64,000 bases of DNA, taken from NCBI RefSeq assembly GCF_001194135.2, contig NC_069005.1, positions 22,450,656-22,514,655 on the forward strand. The letters are read 5' to 3'. Positions 1 through 12,121 of this stretch are shown piece after piece. The notes below the pieces were generated by a model. That model was given only the letters and a program-made list of their open reading frames with translations, did no database searches and had not been told where the DNA came from. The translations under genes were made by a program, and so were the position numbers. Position 1 is the stretch's first letter; every line of letters starts with the position of its first letter. This stretch comes from Octopus bimaculoides (Eukaryota).

Positions 1-256
1 GCCAGCCGTTTCAACTAACACCGAAGGCAGAACATCAAAATGTCCATAAATTTTCACAACAGAAGATAATTATAAGACATTATTTCTTCATGTCATACAA
101 CATTACTTAAAATCACTTCAAAACTAATTAAAGGAACAAACAATTAAAACAAATGAACAAAATTAACTAGTTTTCAACAAGAGAGAAAATCTTTGCTTGT
201 TTTTTGCTTTTCGTTTTTTTTAAAAGATTTTTCTTCATTCTGAAAATGTATCGGAC

Positions 257-329
257 CTTAAACTTCCTCTGTTTTTCTGCTCTTTCTTCAGATTCATCAT
301 CAGCAGAAATGCCATCTTCATTCTCATCA
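257..329 (-). CDS. STRN3: Probable striatin coding exon (acidic linker), 73 bp, phase 2 to 0
   Basis: ttacttccag|TGATGAG...TTTAAG|gtccga; (S)DENEDGISADDESEERAEKQRKFK. Phase-compatible with the previous exon and resembles the acidic-then-basic STRN3 linker; the donor is weak. Confidence 0.75.
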
Positions 330-1867
330 CTGGAAGTAAAAAGTAAAGAAACAAAAGTTAATGGAAAGATATATAAATAAAAAAATTAAAAAAAGAAAGA
401 TAAATAGTGGGAAAATGGTGGGGAAATTCACAGTGAGACAGTGGGAGAGGAAATAGTCCCCTTTTATTGCACACATAAGATAGGAACACAGAAGAGGGGT
501 AGGATACACCAGTGCAGAGTGTGATGGGAGACACTACTGCACTCTGTTGGTGTATTTTCACTTCCCCTCTCAATTCCTATCACTGTATATACACTCACTT
601 GCTGTCATAACAGTTTCAACATAGAACAAAATCCAAAGAAAATGATAATCTTAGTCAACAAAAATTAATCCAAAGAGTTTGGAGAGTTGATTTGACGTGT
701 GTATGGGTTACAGATGTGGTTTTGGATGAAAGTGAGTATATCTATCTACTGTCTATACACACACACACACACACTATATTATTGACCAGCTTGTAGAAAA
801 CAATAAAACATTTACTGGTGGTGGGACTCTATACATTTAGTAGAGTATAATTTACTGATAATACTGAAATGACTGGGACTTCAAGTTCTGCCTTAACAGC
901 CTGTTCAAATTGAAAGGCCAGAAGTTCAGGCTTAAAGTCAGCTCCACTTGACTAAGACAGTGTCTGCTACTGAGGAGATAAAATCATGCAGAAACACCCT
1001 CTGAGTTCACTGATGTTGTTTGGAGCTCAGTTTGATGTTTTCACACGAAATGAATACGGAGAGAAATTTTTCTCCTAGACAAAATCCTACAGCAAATACC
1101 TCTCAAATTCTAGCGTGCAGAAACATGATGAAATTAATATACACATCTTTGTTCATGTTCATTCATTTTACATCTGCTAGTATGGGTAAGATAAGTCAGT
1201 GAGGTATTGTTTTACTTCCTGATGCTAACCATTACAGGTCTTTCAAGTAAGGAGTTTCTCTCTTATTTTAACATGGTTTTGGAGACATAAAGTCAGCAAG
1301 CAATTTTCGTTGACAAAAGAAATGCTTTCAGATGAGAACTGGTATGTGGAAACTGAGAAGAAGCCTATTGTCTTAGAGTACATGGCATTCCACATCTTCA
1401 TTAATACCCTCTTAGCAAAAATTGGGTGGAAGAAAAAGTGTCTTTCTTTGCAGTCTTCAGTTGAAAGTCTCATAGTTTCAACCGGCACTGTGTAAAGAAC
1501 AATGGAATGGAAAACTACCTCACTTAGAAAATGAGTAAGAGTTGGAGACGCTACTATGTACCAAATTTCCTTCACAAAAGATTGGTAGTTGAATATAAAG
1601 AAAAAAAGAGCTTTCTTCTCAAAAGATGAAGACACTAACTTCGACAAAAATTATAATTTTATTAGTCACTACTTGTTCATTAATTTCTAGTTAACAGCAA
1701 TAGTGTAAATGATTGAAATGAAGTGGAATAGTTTAATTAGCATTTTTGATATCCATTCAAAGATAGCAGTACAACAGAGGCAGACCATAAACATCATATG
1801 CAGTTACCTAATACACCTTGAAATGAAAGAATACTGTTTGTCTGGTGAGAGAGAATAGTGGGTAGAT

Positions 1868-2127
1868 CAGTGGTTCTCAACCATCTTTTGTCGGTGGACC
1901 CCTCCGATTCCTATTTTATTCGGGTGGATCCTAAAAGCCATTCAATGTTTAAAAAAATTCTCTTACGTTTTTATAATGAAATATCATTAACAACTGTGTT
2001 AAAAACAATCGTTAAACTATTTTGTGTATTGTACAAGTATAAGCAATTTGTTGCATATAAATTTTAATATCAAAATCTTATATACAGACCCCCAAAGGTT
2101 CATAAGGACCTTGGTTGAGAACCACTG
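1868..2127. mobile_element. hAT (Charlie-like) MITE, 260 bp
   Basis: Perfect 15-bp TIR CAGTGGTTCTCAACC / GGTTGAGAACCACTG; 8-bp flanks gggtagat / gtttagat (6/8 identical, NNNTAGAN-like). Confidence 0.9.
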
Positions 2128-2156
2128 GTTTAGATAAAAGAGCTAGCTAAGCAATT

Positions 2157-2157
<1 letters not shown>

Positions 2158-2232
<75 letters not shown>
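2158..2232. repeat. (GA)n microsatellite
   Basis: About 75 bp of pure GA, starting about 25 nt downstream of the exon donor (reads (TC)n on the gene strand). Confidence 0.98.
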
Positions 2233-2234
<2 letters not shown>

Positions 2235-2256
2235 CATGTTCATTTGGGTACAGTAC

Positions 2257-2388
2257 CTTAAATTGTCGTCTTCAATTTCCACAACATTATCTGTAGACAG
2301 GAAGTCAAGTGTGGCTAACACAGACACTTCACTTTCTAAAAGTGAATTCTCTACAAGGGAGGCAGATGACCTTACTTTGGATGGTGGC
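2257..2388 (-). CDS. STRN3: Striatin coding exon (linker), 132 bp, phase 2 to 2
   Basis: Long pyrimidine tract, ctgcag|GCCACCA...TTAAG|gtactg; PPSKVRSSASLVENSLLESEVSVLATLDFLSTDNVVEIEDDNL; SVLATLDFL resembles the striatin VLETFNFL motif. Confidence 0.88.
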
Positions 2389-2439
2389 CTGCAGAAAAAG
2401 AAAAAAAAGAGAAAAAAAGTAAACATGTGCAACCTTTAA

Positions 2440-2665
2440 CCCTTTTGATACCAACCCGCCTGAAACCACCTCTGGCTCTGTAGTACAAATGTCTTGTTTT
2501 CAAAATAAAGTTCTGAATTAAAATCTTCCACCAAACCTTAGTCACAATTTATGTTCCTAACACTAGCTTAATGATAACTAAGTTATTTTATTAAATTCTT
2601 TGTAATATTTATAATTAATTGAAAGAAACACAGAGCATCTCTCCAGAAATATGGTAACAAAAGGG
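2440..2665. mobile_element. piggyBac-like MITE family 2, 226 bp
   Basis: TTAA|CCCTTTTGATACCA ... TGGTAACAAAAGGG|TTTA; TIR 13/14 identical; TTAA target. Confidence 0.85.
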
Positions 2666-2744
2666 TTTAGACATTTATATTAAGCCATACAAAATATAGT
2701 TTTCTTAACCAAAGTGCATTTCATTGGCAGTTTTTCAGCATGTT

Positions 2745-2950
2745 ATAAAAGTGCAATTTTCAGCAGCCGTTGTAAAAGTGGTCTTCCAGCAGCTTCATAA
2801 AAGTGCACATTTTCAGTAACTGCATTAAAACTGCAATTTTCTGAACAACCATTGCAAAACATTTTTTCTTTTTTTGCTTGCAGTTGTTATTTAAGCAACC
2901 CTTTCAACAGTCATTGTAAAGCACAGTTTTCCAGCAGTTACTTTTATAGA
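2745..2950. repeat. Degenerate minisatellite, unit about 27 bp (aaaagtgcaattttcagcagccgttgt-like)
   Basis: Recurrent aaaagtg...ttcagcag at about 2747, 2774, 2799 and 2827, with more decayed copies after. Confidence 0.6.
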
Positions 2951-4844
2951 GAACAGATTTTAATAGCAATTTTTTTTATCAGCACAGTGCTTAATGTTTT
3001 GAAGCTCCATACCAACTACAGCCATGTAACCTAAAAGATCTACATACAACAGCAGTAGCAGCCACCACCACGGGAGACGTATATATACAGCACTACCACC
3101 ATGACCACCAACAGTTACATGGAAGACATACAATAGATAAGCTAACAAGAGGGTCACTGCACAGTCACTCAACATGCTAGAAACAGTAGCTAAACTTCCC
3201 TTACAGCAAAGGGTACACTAGACAATGTAGTCCTAGATATACAAAAACACAGAAAAGTTACAGTTGAAACATATTTAATCATAAACTTGAGAAAACCATG
3301 GTTGACCAGGTCCAAAATAATAAAGTATGAGAAACATTGTTTGAATGTTTCCCAACATTCATATTTTTACTGTATCAAGAACCAATTAAGAGCAGGTAAA
3401 ACAACACCAACAAGAAAGGAAACTTATCACCAGTCAAAAAAAGACTGTTCTCTATGGCAAACAGCCAAAATTTAATCACAAGAAGGTTGAGAAAAAATAG
3501 TAAAGACAATCCTTTGTAGTATGATGAAATTTTGGTGAAAATAGAGACAGAAGTCATGAAATTATTACTCATCTCTGGTTGATTGTCATGAAATTTCATA
3601 ACTGATCTGCTAATATAAAGGTATGCAAGTATTTTGAAAATATCTCACAGGGTGACAAACCTGCCCTGCGTAATTACAAACAGCCCTNNNNNNNNNNNNN
3701 NNNNNNNNNNNNNNNNNNNNNNNNNNNNNNNNNNNNNNNNNNNNNNNNNNNNNNNNNNNNNNNNNNNNNNNNNNNNNNNNNNNNNNNNNNNNNNNNNNNN
3801 NNNNNNNNNNNNNNNNNNNNNNNNNNNNNNNNNNNNNNNNNNNNNNNNNNNNNNNNNNNNNNNNNNNNNNNNNNNNNNNNNNNNNNNNNNNNNNNNNNNN
3901 NNNNNNNNNNNNNNNNNNNNNNNNNNNNNNNNNNNNNNNNNNNNNNNNNNNNNNNNNNNNNNNNNNNNNNNNNNNNNNNNNNNNNNNNNNNNNNNNNNNN
4001 NNNNNNNNNNNNNNNNNNNNNNNNNNNNNNNNNNNNNNNNNNNNNNNNNNNNNNNNNNNNNNNNNNNNNNNNNNNNNNNNNNNNNNNNNNNNNNNNNNNN
4101 NNNNNNNNNNNNNNNNNNNNNNNNNNNNNNNNNNNNNNNNNNNNNNNNNNNNNNNNNNNNNNNNNNNNNNNNNNNNNNNNNNNNNNNNNNNNNNNNNNNN
4201 NNNNNNNNNNNNNNNNNNNNNNNNNNNNNNNNNNNNNNNNNNNNNNNNNNNNNNNNNNNNNNNNNNNNNNNNNNNNNNNNNNGTCCTGACCAAGAAGAAC
4301 TAGCATCAAAGACTTTGGCTATGGCCATCCCATCTTTTTCAGAGTGTATCTAAAACAATATACCCATCCTTAAGTGTAATTTGATGGTGATTTGACTGAC
4401 ATTTCTAGCAGGTTGAGTGACAAGTTGTTTGCTCACTTGTTTACCACTCTTGTTTGTTATTAAAATGTACAAATAAGACTAGTGTAGCCTAGAAAGTTAA
4501 GGGGGGGGGTTAAGTTTTAGGGGTTATACATCACATGTTAAGTTGCTGTGAGCTGGCTCAGAAATTAGGAAGGAGGTGCTATAATAAGGAAGATGTGGTG
4601 TTGTATATTATGGAGACATCACTTTGATATCACACTATAATACATAATAAAAGGTCAAAGAAAGATCACCAGACTACAATGCCTGTACTGCTACAGTGTC
4701 AAATACAATACAGAGAATTACTAACAATGATAATAGAACAGGGATTAGTGTGTGTTTGTTTGTGTAGACAAACACACATAAGAGGGTTGTACCAAAAGCA
4801 ATGCAAAAGTGGGCAATGGCTTATTTTATTAACTTTATAAATAG

Positions 4845-4990
4845 GCACAGGCATGGCTGTGTGGGGAAGAAGCTTGCTTCCGGGTTCAGTTCCACTGCAT
4901 GGCATCTTGGGCAAGTGTCTTCTACTATAGTCTCGGGTCAACAAAAGTTTTGTGAGTGGATTTGGTAGACAGAAACTGAAAGAAGCCCAT

Positions 4991-5046
<56 letters not shown>

Positions 5047-5230
5047 TTTGTTCCCCTTCTACCACTTGACAATCAGTGTTGGTGTTTACATCCCTGTAGC
5101 AGTTTGGCGAAAGAGACCGATAAAATAAGTAAAACAAAAGAAAAAGTACTGGGGTCAATTCATTTGACTAAAAATTCTTCAAGGCGGTGCCCCAGCATGG
5201 CCGCAGGCTAATGACTGAAACAGGTAAAAG
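4845..5230 (+). mobile_element. tRNA-derived SINE, family A (full length)
   Basis: A box TGGCTGTGTGG, B box GGTTCAGTTCC, internal (TG)n(AG)n, tail ...cagcatggccgcag...tgactgaaacaggtaaaag; more than 15 similar copies in the window. Confidence 0.9.
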
Positions 5231-5309
5231 ACAGAAGATGTAGGTTGTTCAAACTGCACATTTTCTTAGAGTAACTCTTTTGCCTCTTCTTCATTGTAGG
5301 TTCCTAGAA

Positions 5310-6250
5310 CTACCAGTTGACAGGAGGAATGCAGGTTGTTTGACGTCCACAGCAGAGAGGTTGCAGGTTCTTTACAGAGAAGACACCTATGACAAGAGCA
5401 ATGTGCACAGATGGAGTAGAAGCTTAGAGAAAAGGAAACCAACACTGAAGACAAACTAGGAAATGGATCATCAACTAACAACCAATTGCCAGGGAATGGA
5501 CAAATTGGTTCACACAGACAGAGAAGTCACAGGGCATTACAGAAACTTGTGGGAGACTCTAAGTATTGTTACTGGAAAGTGTGTGCAAAGGGAATTCCTC
5601 AGCAGTTCCCAACCTGATTTGAAGAAGAAAGGTGGAAATTTGCTCTGATCTGCTTGGAAGTGTTTGAAGTCAATGAGGACATGCTTTTGGGGTTTTTTTG
5701 CCTTTGCTGTTTTGTCTTTTTTTTTTATCTGGTGACAGGGGATGAAACATGAGCATGGAATGGTGTCTCTGCCTCCTCCTTGTCATCATCATCATTTAGC
5801 ATTCATTTTGCATGCTGGCATGGGTTAGACAGTTTGACTGGAACTGGCAAGCCGGAGAGCTGCACCAGGTTCCAATCTGTTTTGGCTTGGGTTCTACGGT
5901 TGCATGGCCTTCCTAACTTCATAGAGCATACTGGGTATATTTTACATGTCACCAGTAAGGATGCCTATTACATTTCACCAGTACAGATGCCTTTTATGTG
6001 TCACCAGCAAAGGTTGTCTCTTCTCTAAATGCTAAGCAGTACAAAAACCACTGACTGACACACAAACTTATAATGAGTATTTTGGTGGATGACTGGGCAT
6101 CATTCTCAAGCAGCACATTGAGATATTCAAAGTGCTAAGAGAAGCTATTAGGAGAAAAAGACTGCACAAGAATCTGAAAATGCTCCACATTCACCATGAT
6201 ACTATGTGACCACACACATCTTTGGCACTGAATCAGGCAATTTCACTCAC
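5310..6250 (+). pseudogene. Decayed mariner (ITm, DD34D-type) transposase, split by an RTE 3'-end insertion
   Basis: Hand translation across stops and frameshifts: RLQVLYREDTYDKSNVHRW (HTH), DKLVHTDREVT, LVTGDET* (first catalytic motif), VLREAIRRKR...HHDTM*PHTS (second motif). Confidence 0.85.
5795..6030 (-). mobile_element. 5'-truncated RTE LINE 3' end (family C)
   Basis: Plus strand ttttgcatgctggcatgggttagacagtttgac...ccttcctaac..., followed by 26-bp-like repeats; matches copies at 12122, 26212 and 57770. Confidence 0.8.
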
Positions 6251-6499
6251 AGACTGGGATAATCTGAGGCGATGGAAGATGGCTGTCCAACGTGCCATGT
6301 AATGGAGTGGGAATTGGTATAATATGATTACAAAGTAAACTACTTGATGGCAAAGTCATACCCACACCTGTTTGTGTGTATGTGTGTGTGTGAGCACAGA
6401 ATAGATATGTTTATGTACATATTCATGTATGTGTGTTTTGAGATGTATAAAAGATCAAGAAATAAAAATATAAACTCAACGTGTGCATGTGTGTATGTA

Positions 6500-6704
6500 T
6501 GTGGAGGTGCTGAAGAGTTCCTGGCTTTAAAGGTATCGCAAAAGGCCTTGTGAGTTCTTTTACAGGGCTTAGAAAAACTGAAGGACTTCTGCACAATAAG
6601 TGTTTGAATCTGAGAGGGGAATATGTTGAATAAAATCATAATTAACTGATTCTCCTGTATTTTCTTTTACCTAAAGCCATGAACTTTTCAGCACCTACCC
6701 CTCA
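6500..6704 (+). mobile_element. Mariner-derived MITE
   Basis: TIRs gaggtgctgaagagttcctggcttta / taaagccatgaacttttcagcacc..ccctca|TA; interior encodes the mariner C-terminus GLEKLKD.C...NLRGEYVE*. Confidence 0.8.
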
Positions 6705-7607
6705 TATATATATATATATATATATANNNNNNNNNNNNNNNNNNNNNNNNNNNNNNNNNNNNNNNNNNNNNNNNNNNNNNNNNNNNNNNNNNNNNNNNNN
6801 NNNNNNNNNNNNNNNNNNNNNNNNNNNNNNNNNNNNNNNNNNNNNNNNNNNNNNNNNNNNNNNNNNNNNNNNNNNNNNNNNNNNNNNNNNNNNNNNNNNN
6901 NNNNNNNNNNNNNNNNNNNNNNNNNNNNNNNNNNNNNNNNNNNNNNNNNNNNNNNNNNNNNNNNNNNNNNNNNNNNNNNNNNNNNNNNNNNNNNNNNTAT
7001 ATATATATATATATATCTAAAGATGTTAAAGCAAATATGCATTCCCATCATTTATGTCTAATTTCTCCCACTTACATATTGATGCAAGCAACATACAGCC
7101 CTTTTCCTATGCTACTGTTATTTTGTTAATTATTCTATGACATCCCTTCGTATCCCCCACCTCTCTCATATTTTCCCACCCGCCCTGCCATTTTGCCATT
7201 TTCTGACTTTTTTCTTTTAATCTGTCAACTCTCTTGATCCATTTCCTTTCTGTCAACTTCCTCTCCCAGCATCCCTCTTTCCCCCCTCCCCCCACTTCCA
7301 ATCTGGTCTCCCACATTCCTTTTCTATTTTGTTATTTGCTTGCTTTAATCACTTCTCCTCCTGCTATGCTTTTCTTTTGCTTATGACTAACAACCAGTAT
7401 TTCATCTTTATTCCTCCTGCATTGGATTGGTTCATTTATATTGTTTTACATCATCTTAGTTAAAATGACTGAAGTATTTTCTTCTTCTCTTGTCCTAGCC
7501 GCGCAGGCATAATCATATTGTTTTGGGTGTTCTTCATGTTCTCATTGCTTTAATATAGTGTAGGCCAAAAGTCACGCACCAAAACATTTGACATTTTATT
7601 TTTATTA

Positions 7608-7835
7608 TGTTACTCTTTACTCTTTTACTTGTTTCAGTCATTTGACTGTGGCCATGCTGGAGCACCGCCTTTAGTCGAGAAAATCGACCCCAGGACTTAT
7701 TCTTTGTAAGCCTAGTACTTATTCTATCGGTCACTTCTTGCCGAACCGCTAAGTTATGGGGACGTAAACACACCAGCATCGGTTGTCAAGCAATGGTGGG
7801 GGTGGGGGACAAATGCAGACACACAAACACACATA
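7608..7835 (-). mobile_element. SINE family A, 3' half, CpG-rich (young) copy
   Basis: Reverse complement of the family A tail with many intact CpGs (gcaccgcctttagtcgag..atcgaccccagg..gccgaaccgctaag). Confidence 0.9.
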
Positions 7836-8719
7836 CATTTATTATAATTATTATTATTATTATTAATTTTGCTCATCACATACAAGTACATGTATATTCA
7901 TCATTATTTTAATCATTTTATTCAATTTTCAAAAAACTGAACCATGTCTTTGACAATTCTGGAATGTACTGAACTTATTTTGTGCATGACTTTTGGCCCA
8001 CCCTGTATGTGTCTATATGTGTATACATACATGCATACATACAAACAAACAAACACATTTCATCATCATTTAACATCTGTTATCCTTGCTGGGATGGTTG
8101 GACTCACACACATACCTTTTATCTTTTACTTGTTTCAATCATTAGACTGCAGTCATGCTGGGGCACTGCCTTGAAGAATTTAAACCAAGTGACTAAGAGT
8201 TAATGAACTTAGGTGGCGTTGGATACAACTAATAGTGTATTATATACTTGTATGTCCAATACAGTGTGGTACCCCACCTTGATTCAATTTTTATGATGAG
8301 CAATACTCACATGAATCAATGTACAAATGAATCAATCACAAAGATTTTTCAACATGAATTGATATTAAATGCAACAACAACCAGTTTCAGACAGTAAAGA
8401 GAAACAGGTCTCTTGGCAGGGATTAGACATATTTCTCACTTCATAGGAGACTGCTGTTTCAATCATAAGCAAGCTGTTTGTTGTGTAATCTTTTGTAATC
8501 ATCAATATGATTGCCTAGCAACCAATAGCTATATACAGTTTAAGTCTCATGAAAGAATTGTTTCTCATTCTGACTCAAAATTGCTGCTAATAATGGCTAA
8601 TATCTTTTATGTTAATGCTTTCTGCATTTGTGGAATGGTTCATTTGTCAGAGCCATTGTTTTTTTCATTCACTCCAAATCAACCCTAATTAAGCCCAAGG
8701 ATGGATGCTTCTTCCTACA

Positions 8720-9185
8720 AGTGACCACACAATGATGAAGTAGGAATAAGAATGGGGCTGGTGTGTTTTGTTCCATCAGGTAAACAATGTTAGGAATAAT
8801 GAAGAGACCACAGGTATTTAGGGAAAGAAATAAACAACAATCAAGAAAAACATATCTTAAACAGATCACCTCTTCCCACATGTATAGGGGGAACATTCCT
8901 TGCATAGGGCCAACATTCCTACTTTCAAAAAAGGCAAAGTTACAGAAGCATCAACAACAATACAAAACCTGGGAGAGGAAGACCTTCCCTCAGGGAAATA
9001 TATGACACAGTGAATCCACAGGGGGTGCACAGAAAAGACAATCTCCTAAAAATATCTGGAAGCAGGATACTGTGACAGAGTTGAACAAACAGAGATTCGA
9101 CTGGACGAGAAAAGACAGCACAGAGTCAAGAACAGTAGAGAAAAATCATTGATGGTTTATGCTCCATAGGGAGCAAAAGGTTCAA
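8720..9185 (+). mobile_element. Decayed RTE-clade LINE 3' fragment
   Basis: Frameshifted translation ..NPQG...PKNIWKQDTVTEL...EKTAQ....RKIIDGLCSIGSKR, typical of an RTE ORF C-terminus. Confidence 0.65.
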
Positions 9186-9662
9186 ATAAGAAAAGCAAGA
9201 GAGACACTAAGTTTGTGTCTAAAAGCCTGGCTATTAGAAGATCTGGTGGGCAAGCTTTCTTAAACCATTTTATGCCACAAATCATATTAGTTTATTCACA
9301 CATGCACCACATTCTATTATGATAGATGATAAGAGGTTGCTAGTCACAAGCTCACCCCCTCCTCCATTTCCTAGCAGAAAGGGAACACAGTTAGTGGTTC
9401 CACCCAAACCAACTCACAGCGCAATAAAGCCATTTCTGAGAAAATGAGAAGAAAGACAGTGAGAAGAAAAAGGATTGAACTTACAACTTGACTGGCTATC
9501 AGATGGATGGAAAGTAAATTTGAGCACAACAGGATTTGAACAGAATGCAAAGAGCTGGAGCAATTACTGCAAGGTATTTGTTTGATGCTCTAATGATCCC
9601 AATAATCAAATGTCATGGACAAGACACCCAAGTTAAAGACAGCACATGCTCACCAGAATTAA

Positions 9663-9877
9663 CCCTTTAGCATTTACACTGCTCATACTCGGCCTCAATA
9701 ATCAACCTGATTTATCTTTGGATTGGCCAGATCCAACCTCTCACACTTACTCTACAATATTATTCTAAAATTAAACAACTTTGTCATTGAAATCTCAAAG
9801 CTACAAGATAATGCAAATTTTTATCAATGTGAATAAATAAGCATTACGTTTGACAGAGAAATCTGAATACTAAAGGG
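9663..9877. mobile_element. piggyBac-like MITE family 1, 215 bp
   Basis: TTAA|CCCTTTAGCATT ... AATACTAAAGGG|TTAA. Confidence 0.92.
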
Positions 9878-12121
9878 TTAATCTCTATTCTGGTTTAAGA
9901 CCATTACAAACCACCTAGTCTTTGAGTAACTTTAGCAGAGTCCATTCTGCTGCAATAATTCAGATCAGAGCGCTGAAGATGAAAAAAAAAAATCCCAAAA
10001 CACTCCATATATTGATGAGATGCTTCCTGCTGGAATAACTCAGGAGCTGTGTTTTCTTCTGCTCTTCTGATCCCTTTTCCACGAGTTTCAGATATCCTTA
10101 TAAAAGATTACGGCACTGCCCCATTTCCTTTAAGGGACTGATTAAAAAAGAGAAAAAGGACTTAAATCGTTATTGACTCCTATATAGTTTAGATCTCATG
10201 CATGTATGTGCTCTTGATTTGTGAAACATACAAACATGTGCATTATCAGTTAATGAAAACCACTGATCTTACAAGAAACATATTCTAAAACTAATCTTTA
10301 CTCATCTGCTAGTTACAAAAAGCCTTTCTGTACTTATTTTTTTTAAAATATTTTTTAAAATCCAAATCTCTACAGCAAGCCTAACGAAACAGTTTTCACA
10401 TACTAATTTTAAAATTGTTGTAGGAAACATAAAAAAAAAAAAAAAAGCAGCCATGATCATATCGACAGAACTAGTACATGCATGAACACAAAGACAAAAT
10501 ATATTTGATGTATATATAAAGTACAAGTTATGCTACACAATTTCCTAAGTAAAAATGCAATTAGGAAATGAGATAATCAATAATCAAACAGTAGAAGAGA
10601 AAAGAAAAGCATTTTTTTTTTCTTTATTAAATGTATAAATTCTTTTTATTGTAAATGTGAAATATAAGCAACGGTCAGTATTTCTTGTTGATTTGACCTG
10701 CTAAGAATAACTTCTAACATACCACAAAGTACACTTATGACAAAATTTTTTACATTTTATTTTAAAATTCTCTCTCTCACTCATGTGTGTGTGTGAGAGA
10801 GAGAGAGAGAGAGTAAAATGAGTTATAGTTACTTGTATAACATTGCTTCCAAGATTTCATATCACACTTTAAGACACTTGCCTCCACAGCAAGTTTACAA
10901 CTTCAGAACTACCCAGAATTCATCCCTTAAATGATCCCGTTTTTCTAAGGTGGGTGAATATAGAGTGCGTATAAAACTTGCTAATGGTATTGCGAAGAAT
11001 TATGAAGGACTTACAGAGAATACCTATAAGATTAAATGCAATCAGCAAGTACATTCATTTAGGTCAAGAGATAGAGCTATTTCTGAATCTCTGTTTCAAT
11101 ATATCCGGAAATTAAGGGATGGAAAAACTGAAAACCTTCCCACATCATGCAATATTGTGGACGGAGTACCCCACTAATGAAGCAAAAGGATGAACTTTGA
11201 GTTCATCTGAGAAATTCATTATTCTGGCTTAATTATTAAGATCATGTCCTTTGTTGTCATATATTAAAATTCTGTTAATAAATTTCCAAAAGCCAGCAAG
11301 ATAATCTTTTTTTTTGGTTGCAGTTACCATTCCTCACTCTAAAGTAGTTATCTGCTACCCAGTTATGAGGACTTATCTCCTACCAGCACTCATAAGAGAA
11401 TGTTGCAGCCTTTCATAAAACCATTATTGACAAATGAAAATTTACCTAATCAGTGTTCCTCATTAGCCTATATCAAGTCCCCTCTTCTCTTTGTTCCCTG
11501 TGTGTATATCCAGATTGTGTCTGTCTCTGTGCATCAACATATGCACAAGTATCCTCATTTTCACACACACACATTACACTCTAAACACAGATACAATATT
11601 ATGTTTACATTAATACCACCACACAGTCAACCATTACATTAGTTCAATAATAGTAGTAATAGTACAAGAAACAATTACTAAATTACATTAGGTCAAAGGT
11701 TAATAATAAAATATTTTTGTTGAATTGCAGTTTTGTTACTCACACACCTTTTCACAAGTGTAGATTCAAAACAAACATGCATACACACACACAAGTAAGT
11801 AAAGGAACTGTCATGTATTTCAGTGATGAGTGTACAGTTGTTTAATCAATTGAACAACCCATATATTGAATTAAAGACTAAGTGGCTGAGCATTCCACAG
11901 AGACTTTCATCCTTAACACGTTAACCACTACATGTAGCATTAGTGGTTCACACAACCACCATATGACCCACATGGTTTCGAGAATATTTAAATAACATGA
12001 GTGCTAAATATTAAAGTTCCATTATGAACTATTGTAAAATTGAAGAAAAAAAAAAAAAATTACATTTCCTTACGTGGTGTGACCAGTAAGTTCCAATAAC
12101 AGGCTGTAGCAGTTAATATTT

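Noticed and set aside
1-32. Possible next striatin exon (gtgttag|TTGAAACGGCTGGC on the minus strand)
   Set aside because: Only 14 nt are visible, the pyrimidine tract is modest and there is no recognisable striatin motif
3610-4353. Long ORFs of more than 200 aa in the ORF track (also at 6679, 23514-24130, 24973 and 30607)
   Set aside because: They consist of X residues read across N gaps (3688-4282, 6727-6997, 23778-23945, 25042-25203, 30686-30785)
7900-8010. Possible Tc1-like terminal fragment ending ttttggcccaccctgta
   Set aside because: No matching second TIR and no transposase similarity found
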